A stretch of 50,793 bases of DNA from Selaginella moellendorffii (Eukaryota > Plantae > Lycopodiophyta). Position numbers and translations under genes: made by a program. Numbering within the stretch: position 1 is the stretch's first letter; the number at the start of each line of letters is the position of its first letter. Positions 36,170-48,212 of the stretch are shown piece by piece. Where the stretch lies: contig NW_003314278.1 of assembly GCF_000143415.4 (NCBI RefSeq), positions 1,098,122 to 1,148,914 of the forward strand, given 5' to 3'. The notes beneath the pieces were generated by a model. The model searched no databases, was not told the origin of the DNA, and was given only the letters and a program-made list of their open reading frames with translations.

Positions 36170-38360
36170 ATACTGCACAGGTCACAAATCACCCAAGAAA
36201 TCACCTCATGGAGGCTGCAACACTCAATAGTTCTAGGACTGGCAGACAAGCCCTGTCCCATGGACAGCCACTGCTCCTTACGTGGGGAATGTGCACATTA
36301 CAGAGGTTCGTTTCTGTTTTCAAGTCTGTCTTTTAACTCCTCAAATGTCTTGATCATTATGAAGAAGAGAACCCATTGAGAAAATACAGTGTTGGGCAGA
36401 CTGTTCAAGCTAAAATCCTTTCAAAACGCAAAACCAGCAGAAAGCACAGAAATGCTGCCACTTTGGATTTATCTCTACGTCCATCTGAGCTTGCAGGTCT
36501 ATATGGTGGCCCTTTGAATTAGCTTACTTATCATGACTTGCAGGAAACGATGCTGCATGCTTAGTGATTACTGCGTAACCATTGAACAGTCGATTATCAG
36601 ATACAAAGGACAACTGGGCATGGCTAGTCCTCTCACCCCATCTTAAAGGCTGCCTTTTTTCGGAGCTTGAACGTTTTAAAGAGCGCTTCAAAGTCGGTAA
36701 CCCGTTCCAGTGCCATATAAGAAGTGTTAACCACGAAAGGAAGCAAGTGGATTTGTCTCTACACCTGAAAACAAGTGACGAACAATTCAAGAAAGGCGAC
36801 CTGTTAGGCCGACGAATCACACGAGTTTTTGCTGGTGTTGGCGGACATACTGTGCAAGGCAGATGGGAAAGTTTCGGAAAAGTTCATGTAACGATACATG
36901 GATTGATGACCCAGCCAGTTTATTTACAGAGGGACAGTTCGTAAGGTCTTGGATTTAAAACGACCAGGGAGGGGAAAGATGAGCTTGGAACTTTCAGTAA
37001 GTTGGTGGACGTGGTAGTTTTGAGTCCCTTCCGAGCTATCAAACACTTGAAAGGTAACTTCCGAGATTTGCATTAAATTTTTTTGACTCTGCATCCAATG
37101 CTCGTATTGTCAATTCCGTGTTGGAACTTAAGCAAGATATGAAGTGCAAGTAAGCAGAAACCTTGCATGCTGTGGACGTGACTTGTTTTTGTGTTGCAGG
37201 GTTTTGTCAAGAATGTGACGGAGAAAGGCTGTTTTGTGGTCCTGGCACCTTCACTTGAAGCTAGAATTCAACTGAAGAACCTATCGAACTCGTTTGTACA
37301 AAACCCTGCAGAAATGTTTCCACCAGGCAAGGTGATATCGGGAAGGTATGAACTTTTCTCCGTATGGAAGTGTTTGCTGATATCTTCTTCTTCATCAGAA
37401 TTTTAAGCATCGAGCCATTGTCTGGGCACATTGAAATGTCTTTGGCGGCAACAACATCACAAGATTCAAGTGGCTGGAAGAAGTTTGGTGCTGGAGAGAT
37501 CGTTAGTGACTGCATACACAACATTGAAGCATTTGGGATCTTCATCAGTCTTGCCAAGAGTGATGTGGAAAGCTCTCTCTCTATCTTGGTTTCAAGTTCT
37601 TAGTCTGTGCTCCAGGTTGCTTGTGTCATGTCGCTGAAGTGTCTTACGATTTTATTCAAGACTTGTCAACACTTTACAAAGTCGGCCAATGGGTTCAAGT
37701 AAAGATTCTAAAGGTGAGAACGAAAGCTTTAGTAAAACCACAGGGTTATGATTTCCCTCTACAGGTTGATGCAGAAACCAAACGTATATCTCTTGGAATG
37801 AAAGCGTCATATCTGACCCCTGAGGATGGCATTGAGCCGATGGAGGAAGAAGCTATAAATGAAGAGCCTTCAAACACAAATGTGCTCATGGATAATGATG
37901 CGAGGGTGGAGGAGGACTACTTGGATCTGGGATCAAAACGATTCCCACAGCTATGCATGTCGATCCACTCTCAACAAAGACGTTGAGGATACAGTGCCAA
38001 TTGACTCGAAAGAGCAGAGTTACTTCTTGTTTATATTTACTCTTCTCATGTCCTGCTTCTCAACAGGGAGGCTGCAGCAAAAGAGAAGTTATTACAGAAG
38101 GACCAGCCTCCAGAGACCAAGGACGACTTTGAAAGGCTTGTAGCAGCGTCACCAAATAAGAGCTACATGTGAATCAAATGCATGGCTTATTGGTTGTGTC
38201 TTGCGGACCTGGAGCAGTGGCTGAAAGGTAACACTCTACTCGCATTTGATTCTATTTTTCTTGAGGTGTTACAATCCAAGCTCTTTTTTATAGGGCATTG
38301 GAGAAGATAATTTATCGAGAAGAAATGGAAAAGATGAACATATGGATGGCTTATCTAGCA
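36170..38360 (+). pseudogene. RRP5: RRP5/PDCD11 rRNA biogenesis protein fragment (S1 domains and start of the HAT/TPR region), intron-containing
   Basis: GFVKNVTEKGCFV, KVDAETKRISLGMKASY, PETKDDFERLVAASPN, INYREEMEKMNIWMAYL; in-frame stops; both ends missing. Confidence 0.85.
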
Positions 38361-38521
38361 TTTGAAGAGGAAATGGCAATTACTTTAGGTGGTTATAATG
38401 ATCATGGAAACTATTATAGTAAGCATGCTTGTGTTTGGGGATGGAGATCAAGGGTATGGTAGAAGACCTCAATGTTTTGAGTGCTAATGTTGGGGATATA
38501 TTACAACAAAGTGTGGCAATT

Positions 38522-41500
38522 TGTTAGGTGCCAACTTTGACCACATGGTCAATATCGGTCAAAGGGAGGCTCAAGGGTTTATGAAGGCATGTTAGGGTAA
38601 GGAACTTAAGAGTGATAGCATAGAGGAGCTTTTGAGGTAGCTTGAGGGTGGTTGGGTTCAAGAGGAGGTGTAGTCTAATCTAGGAAGACTAGATTGTTGA
38701 TTCTTCATGCTAGGTCATAAAATTCATATCAAAGGTGTTGGCCAACCAAGTTGAATGCTAGAATCCTATTGTCGATGGTAGTACTAATATGGTGCTGACA
38801 GAGCTATAGAGGTTTGGACCATAGAAGATGTTGTTCACAAACTGTGAGCCTTTAATAAAAGTCAGCAAAAGATGCAAGACAAGATGCATGGCATGATGGG
38901 TACCTTGCATGAGTGTGTTGAGGCACTTGAGGCTGGTTGTGATAACACTCCAAGTAAACCTTCCTTGGTGGATTAACTCAAGATTCTAACCTTTTTCGGT
39001 GATGGTGGTGTGGATGAGTGTCTAGCTTGGCTAGCCAATATGAAGAAGTTCTTGACTGCTAGAAGAACTCTGGATGCAGAGGCTTTAGTGGCTATTCTAA
39101 TAGTTTTATGTGATGTGAGTCTTTGGTGGTGGAATTGGCTTGAGGAGTCTTGTGCTGTGGATAAAAAACCATTAGTGCCTACAATGGATGAGTTTGAGGT
39201 TGCTTTCCATTTATGTTTTGCCTTTCACTATGACATGAAGAATGCTCACACCGAATTTTGACATTTTCAGCAAGGGAAAATGAAGCTTGGGGACTATATT
39301 GAGAAGCTAACTCACTTGATTAGCCATGTTCTAACGAAGGATTTAGATCAAAACAAGTCCTACTTCATTGATGGCATTTATAATGAGAGCATGTGGCAAC
39401 ACTTGCGTCATTCTCAGCCTACAAAAAGTTTGGAAGAGCTCTTTGATGCTGCTTGTCGACTTGACAATGACAAGTATAAGTCTCACAAACGTTCGAGGAG
39501 TCCTTCTGTTGAGAATCGCCGTGATGATCATTGTGAACACAAGGATGGGAATAAACATCACAAGCTGAAGTCTATGGTGGCTACTTCGGGTACACAAGGG
39601 TCAAAGAAGTAGAAATTCTTTGTGAAGAATTATAGATAAAGTTGTCATCATTGTAGCAAGCTGAGACATTACAAGGTTGATTGTCCATAGTGAAGAGCAA
39701 ATAACATAGTAACAAGAATGGCCAATCTTCTACTAACAATAAATCAGATACTAAAAAGTTGCAAACTTTGTAGCATAAGGATGACGGGGATGACCATTCT
39801 GGTTGGAGGAAGAGGCTTTCGATTGTTGCTCGTCAGCTTAACTGTGTGTGGAACAAGATAAAGGTCAAAGACATTGATGCATTAGCTTTAATGCTAGAGG
39901 GTGTGTTCCATGGCGGTTCAGTGTGGATTTTACTGGACAGTGGGAGTGATGACAACTTTGTTTCCACAAAGTTTGTTGAGGAGCATGGCCTGGTGACACG
40001 AGGAGTTCTTCCATATACGGTAGAAAGTGCAACTATCTCTACTCAGCATTTCGATACTTGTGTAGAAAGGCTAGAAGTGTTGGTTGGCAAACCCACACTT
40101 GTGGAGACTTTTTATCTCATGGATCTTCATCATGTGGATCTCATTCTTGGGATGCCATGGTTAGTGAAGGTGGATTTGGAGATAAAGTGGAATATTAAGT
40201 ATGTCTCGTTGAAATATAGTGGCATTAAAGATGTGTGGTTTGGAGAGGGAGTTCAACCTCTAGTTGTTATGCTCTCTGCTACATTTTTGAAGCAGGTTTG
40301 TCGTAATGGAAAAGCACTTTTGAGTTACTTGCTGTTTGTTCGTGACTTGGGGGACCAAACCACATGTGGAGGAAAGGCAGTAGTGCGGACTATACTCGAA
40401 GAGTTCTCCGATGTTTTTCCCTCTAAACTTCCTCATGGATTGCCTCCGTTATGAGGTGTGGAGCATAAAATTATGTTAGAACCAGGGATGTGGCCAATTT
40501 ACTAGTGTCCATTTTAGTTGAGTTATGCTGAGGAGCAAGAAGTTTAACAACAAATCAGGGACTTACTTGAGTTTGGATTTATTCAACTAAGTAAGTTTCT
40601 GTTTAGTGCTCCGGTTTTGCTTATGAAGAAGAAGGACGGTTCAATGAGGATGTGTATTGACTACTGTGCCTTGAACAAGAAGACCGTGAAGGACAAGATG
40701 CCGATGCCGCATGTGGATAATATCTTAGACAAGTTTGGTGAAGAAAGAGTGTTTACTAAGATTGGTTTGAAGAGTGGATATCATTAAATTGCCATGGATG
40801 ATGCATCTATCTCCAAGATGGCATTCAACACGAGTATCGGGCATTTTGAGTTTACGGTTATGCCATTTGGTTTGACAAATGCACCAGCCACATTTACTCA
40901 GTTGATGACAAAGGTCTTTAGGCATTATTTTCATGAGTTTGTGGAGATTTTCTTAGATGATATTCTTGTTTTCAGCAAAAATATGGAGGAGCATAAGGTG
41001 CATTTGTACAAGGTTCTTTTGTTACTCCGTGACAACAAACTTTATGTGAAGAAGAGCAAATGTGAGTTTGGAAAGTCAGAGGTGGAATATCTAGGCTATA
41101 TTATGACATCCAAGGGTGTCAAGACGGATCCAAGGAAGGTGGCTATGGTGGAGAATTGGCCTACACTGATTTCAGTGGCTAAGTTATGCAATTTCCTTGG
41201 TATGCTAGTTACTACCGATATTTTCAACATAAATTTGCAGAGGTGGCTATTCCTTTGACACGATTTTTGCACAAGAACGTGCCATTCGTGTGGAAGAAGC
41301 CACATGAGGATAGTTTGTGGCATTGAAACGATTGTTGAGTGAGGCTTTAGTGATTCCCATTGCTGATCCATCAAAACCTTATGAGGTGACTTGTAATGTG
41401 AGTGGTTAGGCACTGGGAGGAGTTCTCATGCAAAAGGGATAGCCTATTGCATATGAAAATTGAACTTTGAATCCCGCGGAGCAACACTATTCCACATATG

Positions 41501-43379
41501 AACAAGAGTTACTCTCCATAGTTCATGCTTTGCGGACATGGCAACATTATCTTTATGGTGCAGTGTTCACGGTGTTGACGGATCACATACCCCTTATATA
41601 TATCTTTTCATACAAAAGGAGTTGAACACTAGGCAAGCTTGTTGGATGGTCAAACTCATGGAGTTTGGGGAGTTTCCTATTGAGTATCATTTGGGAAAAT
41701 TGAATGTGGTGGCAAATGCTTTATCTCATGTTTGCCATATGATGGCATTACAAACACGGTTTTGTCATCATTTAAGTAAAGTGGTTAACGAGTTTGGGTA
41801 GTTGGTTGAGTGTGCTCAAGTGCAAGATGCTGAGGTGGTCTTGTTGCAAGGCCCAGATGGAAGCACTTTTCTCATTGGTGGATGGGATTCTTTACTACAA
41901 TAGCCATGTGTATTTGCCACAGGTGGATGCATTAATTACTTAAGTTTTATTTCACTATCATGATTGTCCAAAGGCCAGTCATTTTGGAGGGAAGAAGATA
42001 TATGAGTTGATTAAGCACAATTTTTATTGGAGGAATATAGAAGCTGATATCCTCGAGTACTATAAGTCATGTGAGCTTTATCAGCGGGTAAAGGTGCCAT
42101 GGGAGAAGTCGGGGGGACTTTTGCAACCTTTACCTATTTCTTAGAGTATCTCTATGGACTTCATCATTTGTTTGCCACGAACACAGAGACAAAAGGAGCA
42201 AGTATGGGTCATAATGGATCGTTTGACAAAGTATATGCGGTTGTTGGCTCTTCGGAAGACTGTCACTGCCTTAGACTTGGCTGCGGTTTACTTGGAGAAA
42301 GTTTTTTCTGATTTTGGTTTGCTAAAGGACATTGTTAGCAATCGAGATTCAAAGTTCACTAGTGGATTTTGGAAGAGTTTTGCAAAGGCTATGCAAGTGA
42401 CTTTGAAACTCTTGAGTGGAAATCATTCTTAGATGAATGAGCAAATTAATCATGTGAATCAGGTGGTGGAGGATATGCTATGTTATAGCATTGGTCAAAG
42501 GCAGGAATAATAGGATCTATATCTTCCGTTAGTGCAATTTGCCTACAACAATAGCCAATACAGTGGAACCAAGCTAAGTCCTTACTTTGCCATGTTTGGA
42601 AGGCATCCTTGAACAATGGTGGAGTTGAACATTTAAATATGGATGTTCAAGAAAAGCTTGATTCAAAGGCGATTGATTTGGCCACAAAACTTGATAAGAT
42701 TCTGGTAGTGTGCAAATGGAATTTGCAAGCAACTCAGGATAAAGCGGAGAAGTTTGTTAATGAGCATTGCTAATTCCGAGAATATAAGGTGGGTGATCTT
42801 ATCTTTATGTGAATGATCTTTCTGTCAAGTGAGTAGTGGAACACCTTAGTGCCTTTGCGGAATGGGAAGAGTGATAAATTTTTTCATCGGTATGCTAGTC
42901 TACATGAAGTGTTGGAGCGCATCGATAAGGTGGCTTATCAAGTGCGGCTGCTAGCTAAGGTGAAAGTTCATCCGGTATTTTATGTTAGCCAATTGAAAGG
43001 TGTACTATCTCAGAGTGATAGGCCCAATGCCTCTTTGATGTATATGGCTATGGAAGATGAATCAGGAGCTGGAGCAGGGTTCTTCAGAAAGGGTGATCAC
43101 TAGTACAACTTGTCCTTGGGACAAGGACTTTGTTGAGGGGAAGAATTGTTAAGCACCAACTTTGACCACGTGGTCAATGTCAGTCAAAGGGAGGCTCAAG
43201 GGTTTATGAAGGCATGTTAGGGTAAAGAATTTAACCTACCCTAGGGCTCACAGTGGAGGGGCAGTGTAGAGGAGCTTTTGAAGTAGCTTGGGGGTGGTTA
43301 GGTGGTAAGGAACCTCAAGAAAAGGCATAGTTTAGTCTAGGAAAATTAGATTGTTGACTTTTTGTTCCATGTCATAACA
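38522..43379 (+). mobile_element. Full-length decayed Ty3/gypsy LTR retrotransposon
   Basis: LTRs 38522-~38722 and 43147-43379; TSD caatt on both sides; gag, protease LLDSGSDDNFV, RT VMPFGLTNAPATF/FLDDIL, RNase H, integrase; PPT gaggggaagaa. Confidence 0.93.
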
Positions 43380-43704
43380 CAATTGTTGTTCATGATGTGA
43401 GGAATGTGATGGATGGGGACATAACATTAGAACTTGTGTCATGCTAAAAAATATTCTTATGCTCTTTTGACATTTATAGATAATAGCACAACATGCAATA
43501 TAGAATTAATGGAGGATGAATAGTTTATGTTTGTTTTTGCTGGAGTCATAAATAGTATAAATGTGATGATCTTGGTGGACTTTGGCTTAGCAATTTCCTC
43601 TATTCAGTGTTTAATTGTTTGAAGTTTCATTATAGAAAGTCTCTTGTACTTGACCTTTATGACTTGTGTTTACTAATCATAAGTCATCAGTATAGATATT
43701 ATGT

Positions 43705-44262
43705 ATGGAAACACTGGTTGTCTATGTGTGGTGTGGGCATTTGGAGGAATCAAGAAGGATCTTTGATGCATTTCTGGCCAAGAACATTGCATCATGGATG
43801 GCGCTCGCGAGTGCATATGCCAAGAGTGGGCATCCGGGCGAGGCCAAGGCAGCGTTCGATCGAATGGCGGTGCGGGACATAGTTTCCTCCACTGGGATGG
43901 TCAAGGCACTGGGCGATTGCGGGCGGATTGGATCGAGCAAGGCGGTGTTTGATGCGATGCCCAAGAGGAACTGCAAGACGTGTTGTGGGGATTTGCTCGC
44001 GGCGGAGAGATTGGGCGAGCAAAAGAGGTGCTGGATTGGATGCCCAAGACGAATGTGGTAGCATGGACGATCCTTGTGCAGGGTTTCACACAGTGCGGGT
44101 GAGTGGGCGATGTGAAGGCCGCATTTGATTCCATGCCCGAGAAGAACAGCATCACTCGCTCAGTGATGTTCGTCATGTTTGTGGAGAATGGATTCATGGA
44201 GGAGGCGGAGGATGTCTTTCAGGAGATTGTCCACCGAAACGTGATCCTCTGGGGGGCGATAT
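43705..44262 (+). pseudogene. PPR (short S-type repeats) pseudogene fragment
   Basis: AKAAFDRMAVRDIVS, AVFDAMPKRN, AFDSMPEKNSI; frameshifts. Confidence 0.8.
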
Positions 44263-45113
44263 ATGACCTGTTTAGTATTTGCACACATATCAATTTTGTT
44301 ATATTTATATTCTTTATTTTCCACAATACCTATCTTTTATGGCTTCAGTTAAGTTATAGTCATTTACACCTTTGAGTGTTTCTTCAATTTAGGCACTATA
44401 TTTTTTGGTTTGCTTAAGCAAACCAGCATAGAATATACCTGGGTATTCTTGAATATTCTATAATTTAATTATTGATATTTATTTAGAATAATTTTGTGTT
44501 TATAAATTAAAAACATTTTAATACTGGTCATCATGTTGTATAGTTGACTGACGGTTTCGGTAAAAAGAAGTTCTAATTTATTTTCAAACCTTTTAATTCT
44601 AAGAATTACCAGTTCAAATAAGTTGCACGGATCCTCGTCTTTATCATTTCCCAAGTGGCCACTAATCCTTTATTAACCTCTATTGTTCTCCACCAAAGTT
44701 TAATATTATCTGTCAAGTATAGTTTAGCATATGGGACCTTCTCCAAACTCAATAATAAAAACACTCAAAAATAATCCTCCATATCGTAAAATCAATCTTC
44801 TACCACCTTATAGTCATTCATGTTTGCAAGTGTGATTTTGTGGTGATGAAGCAGGAGCAACAGAAGATCCTCCAGACGAGCTAACTTCTCAAATTTAACC
44901 AGCTGCCACCCCCATGCAAGGGTACTTTCCACGAGCTCAAATGATAGAGGGCTAGCTCTTGATTTTTTTTGGTTGTTCTCTAGGCTCCAATCTATTAGGA
45001 GTGATGCAAAGAGACTGTTATTGATCAGGCCAGGGATTTCCAACCCAAAGCTATGTTTCTCATACCTGAAAACTGTATCCATGAAATATACATATCCTCT
45101 TGTAGTTTCTCTT

Positions 45114-46734
45114 CTAAATAGAAGACAAGTGCCTAAGGTTGTACATATCAAAGTACAAACCAAAGAAGCAGATCAATGGATCTCCCTCCGACGCATCAAT
45201 CAGCAGTTGAACAAGGCGAGCAGCGCATACTTGATCCTCTTCCAGTCGATCCACTTTCCTGTAACCAATGGTGCTACCGTTGCTCACCAGGTACCAGCCC
45301 AGCTCGCTGTCCCATGCCTCGACGAGATATTCCATGACCCTTTGTCCCATGTTTACTGGCTCTTGGATCTCCAGTGCGTTGAACTTTGAGACCTTGCCAA
45401 GATCAAGCTCGATCCAGCCAGTCGACTCCCCTTGCATTGGAGCCAGAAAGTTTCCATATGCTCGTCAAGGATTTTCTTCGGCCCGAACGAAGAGCTGCGA
45501 ATGCTGCTTGCTGTCACGGACAAGGGATTCCCTGCTAAGTTGACGCTGAAGATGGAATCTATGGCGGAGCTAAACCGCTCCAGCGTCTGGAAGTCGGATT
45601 CATTGATCAGTCCTGACGAGTTTGGAGGGACGTTCAGCAGGAGCAAGCAGTTCCTGGTGGATGATTTATAGAAAACGTCGAGCAGCTGCTCCAGGGATTT
45701 TGGAGCCTCGTTCCTGTGCCAAAACCAACCGGGCCTGATGGAGATATCGCACTCCGGAGGGAGCCAGTCGGTTCCAGCACTCTCTCCAGACATCAAGTAC
45801 CTGTTGATGTTGCGAATTGGATCGAGTTTCACGAGAACGAAGGTTTCATGGAAGGATGGATTTTACGTACTGGCCATCGCTCCTGCCGATCGTAATGGAA
45901 GATCTGTTCGCCATCGCCCAGCATCGGAAAAGATGTTAGCACCGGGAATGAATCGTGTCAAACCAGAGCTCAAAATCGTAGCTCATGTTCACTGCAGTGG
46001 GTGATTTCGCACCATCCAGCCACACCTCGGAGATCGGCCCATATCTGCACGCCAAAACAAAATGCCGCGTCAAGGCATCTGCTGCTAGAGATGAAAACTA
46101 CAAAAGCCCACAAGCTCGCGAGCTCCTAATGCTAAAACCGTTTGATGGGCTGGAGGAAATGCAAACGTATCACACAGTGATCATGCCACCAAGAAAAATG
46201 CGTGAAGAAGAAGCAAAGAATGTCTCACTCACCCTCTCGGAGCTGAGCCAAGTAGAACTCGTTGTAGAGAAGAGTGTCGCCATAGCAGCTCTCGTGCAAA
46301 TCCCATGGCGAGAAGTAAAAGCCCACGTCCAATCCACGCTCCCTGGCGGCGGCCACGAACTCGGCCACCACATCCCCCTTCCCTCCTCGCCAAGAGCTGC
46401 TAGCCACGGAGAAATTGGTGTAGGCCGAGGGCCACAGGCAGAACCCGTCGTGGTGCTTGACCGTGAGGATCACGAGCTGCGCGCCCGCGGCTTGGGCCGC
46501 GTCCATCTACTGCGACGCATTCAATCGCTCCGGGTTGAAGATAGAGGGCGATTCGTGGCCGGATCCACGCTCCGAGTCCGTGAATGTGTTGACGCCGAAG
46601 TGGAAGAACATCGAGAGGCGGCGCGAGTGGAACTGGAGCTGGCGCCATAGGAGAGGGAGCGGTGGGGGCGAATTTAGGGCGACAGCTCTCAAGAACACTA
46701 TCTCGAGGAGCAAGAAAGAGAGATGGAAATTCAT
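45114..46734 (-). pseudogene. FUC1: Alpha-L-fucosidase 1 (GH29) pseudogene
   Basis: Signal-like N-terminus; MFFHFGVNTFTDSE, LTVKHHDGFCLWPS, SPWD, WLPPECDISIRPGWFWH, LLLNVPPN, TIGYRK; stop at ~46507 and frameshift near 45430. Confidence 0.9.
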
Positions 46735-47029
46735 TGCTATAGAGAATGGAGGAGAGAGCCAATCTTATAAGCCCAGTGGAGTAGAGGAATTGTCACCAGA
46801 GAGTAAAATCTTTGCTTCTTCCAGGGTGTCCTTGTTCTTGCAAGGCAAGATGGATTATCTTCTTCTTCTTAGCCCAAGCTAGATTGGAATGTTCTTTCTC
46901 CGTCCAGGATTCTCGGATTCTCGCAAGGAATACCTCGCGAATCGCGAATGTGTGTGAGATCCAGCAAAGTTTATGGCATTGCTCTTCCCCAATTCGTGAT
47001 TTCCACAGACACCTCAGAGGATTGCTTGC

Positions 47030-47180
47030 TCTCCTGGGGAGCACTGCTCAGAACTGCCGGGATCTGTCACAGGGGAGGCAAATCCACGCCCGCATTGCGC
47101 AGAGCGAGCACCGCCGCAACGAATACCTCGCGAATCTGCTCGTCCTGATGTATGGCAAGTGTCGCAGCGTCGATGAACTG
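47030..47180 (+). pseudogene. PPR N-terminal fragment
   Basis: CRDLSQGRQIHARI...NEYLANLLVLMYGKCRSVDE. Confidence 0.75.
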
Positions 47181-48212
47181 CATTTGAGGTGAAAAGGCTA
47201 CTGATTGCCGGAAAGCAGAAAGAGGCTTTACGGGCTGCTCAAGACGGGCAACTTTGGGGATGTGCTCTTCTTATGGCCGAGAGAAGGTACCTTGTCTTGT
47301 AGCTTTGATGTATAGACCGTTAGTGATGGTCTTGTGGTTTTTAATAGGTCTACACCGACACTACAGCGGAGATGGCTCAACCAGGGTTTCAGCAGCAGTA
47401 CAAAAGCTGTTTTGTCTCATGGTGCTACACGACGGGAACAAATATGTCCTTGGTTCTAGCTACATAATAGCGCTTCAACCTCAACCGGTTCCAGCATCTG
47501 CTGTAGATGGTGCAACACAGGTAAAATACTTTTATCAAGCTACTCTCTTGCTTAAGGAGTGCATGTTGACTTGCAGGACCCAGTAGAAGGAATGCTTGAA
47601 GAATGGCAGGAAAACCTGGCTATAATGGCAGCTAACCGAACTAATGGGGACGAGAGAGTGATTATGCATCTTGGTGATTGTCTCTGGAGACATCAAGATG
47701 AGGTATATACATGGTCACACTTTCATGTTTCTCATAGTTTTAACTTGCAGATATGTGGAGCCCATATTTGCTATCTTGTTGCAAATGCTAGTTTTGAGCC
47801 TTTCCCCTTCTGCCAGACTTTGTCTTATAGATGCCGACCATTGTAAGTATCCATGCACGTACGCTAGTCCAGAAACTATCCAGGTAAGCTGTGTTTGTCC
47901 TCAATAACAATTGTTAACCTTTTCTTCATCAGCAAATGGAAGTGTACGAATTTGCAAGAGTGACTGGCAATTCCCAGTTTATTTTACTTCCTTTTCAGCC
48001 ATACAAGCTTATTTATGCGGCAATGCTTGCTGAAGCTGGAAAGATAAATGAAGCTTTAAGGTTGGTAGTGATTTTTAACTGTATCCTTAAGGTTTCTCTT
48101 CGAAGGTATTGCCAAGTGGTGTTGAAAACATTGAAAACAGTAAGCCATGCAGCTGATGTGTGCAAAGAAGCGGCTGTAGCCTTGGAAGAGCATCTTCATA
48201 TCCACTCTGAGG
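47181..48212 (+). pseudogene. SEC16: SEC16 (protein transport) conserved-domain fragment with introns
   Basis: EEWQENLAIMAANRT, HLGDCLW, AHICYLVA, YASPETIQ, EVYEFA..GNSQFILLPFQPYKLIYA; truncated by the gypsy element. Confidence 0.85.

Noticed and set aside
36170-38360. Functional link between RRP5 and the nearby rDNA
   Set aside because: Both are decayed fragments; proximity is plausibly coincidental
43420-43600. Protein kinase remnant (LVDFGLA)
   Set aside because: Only one short motif; other subdomains not convincingly readable
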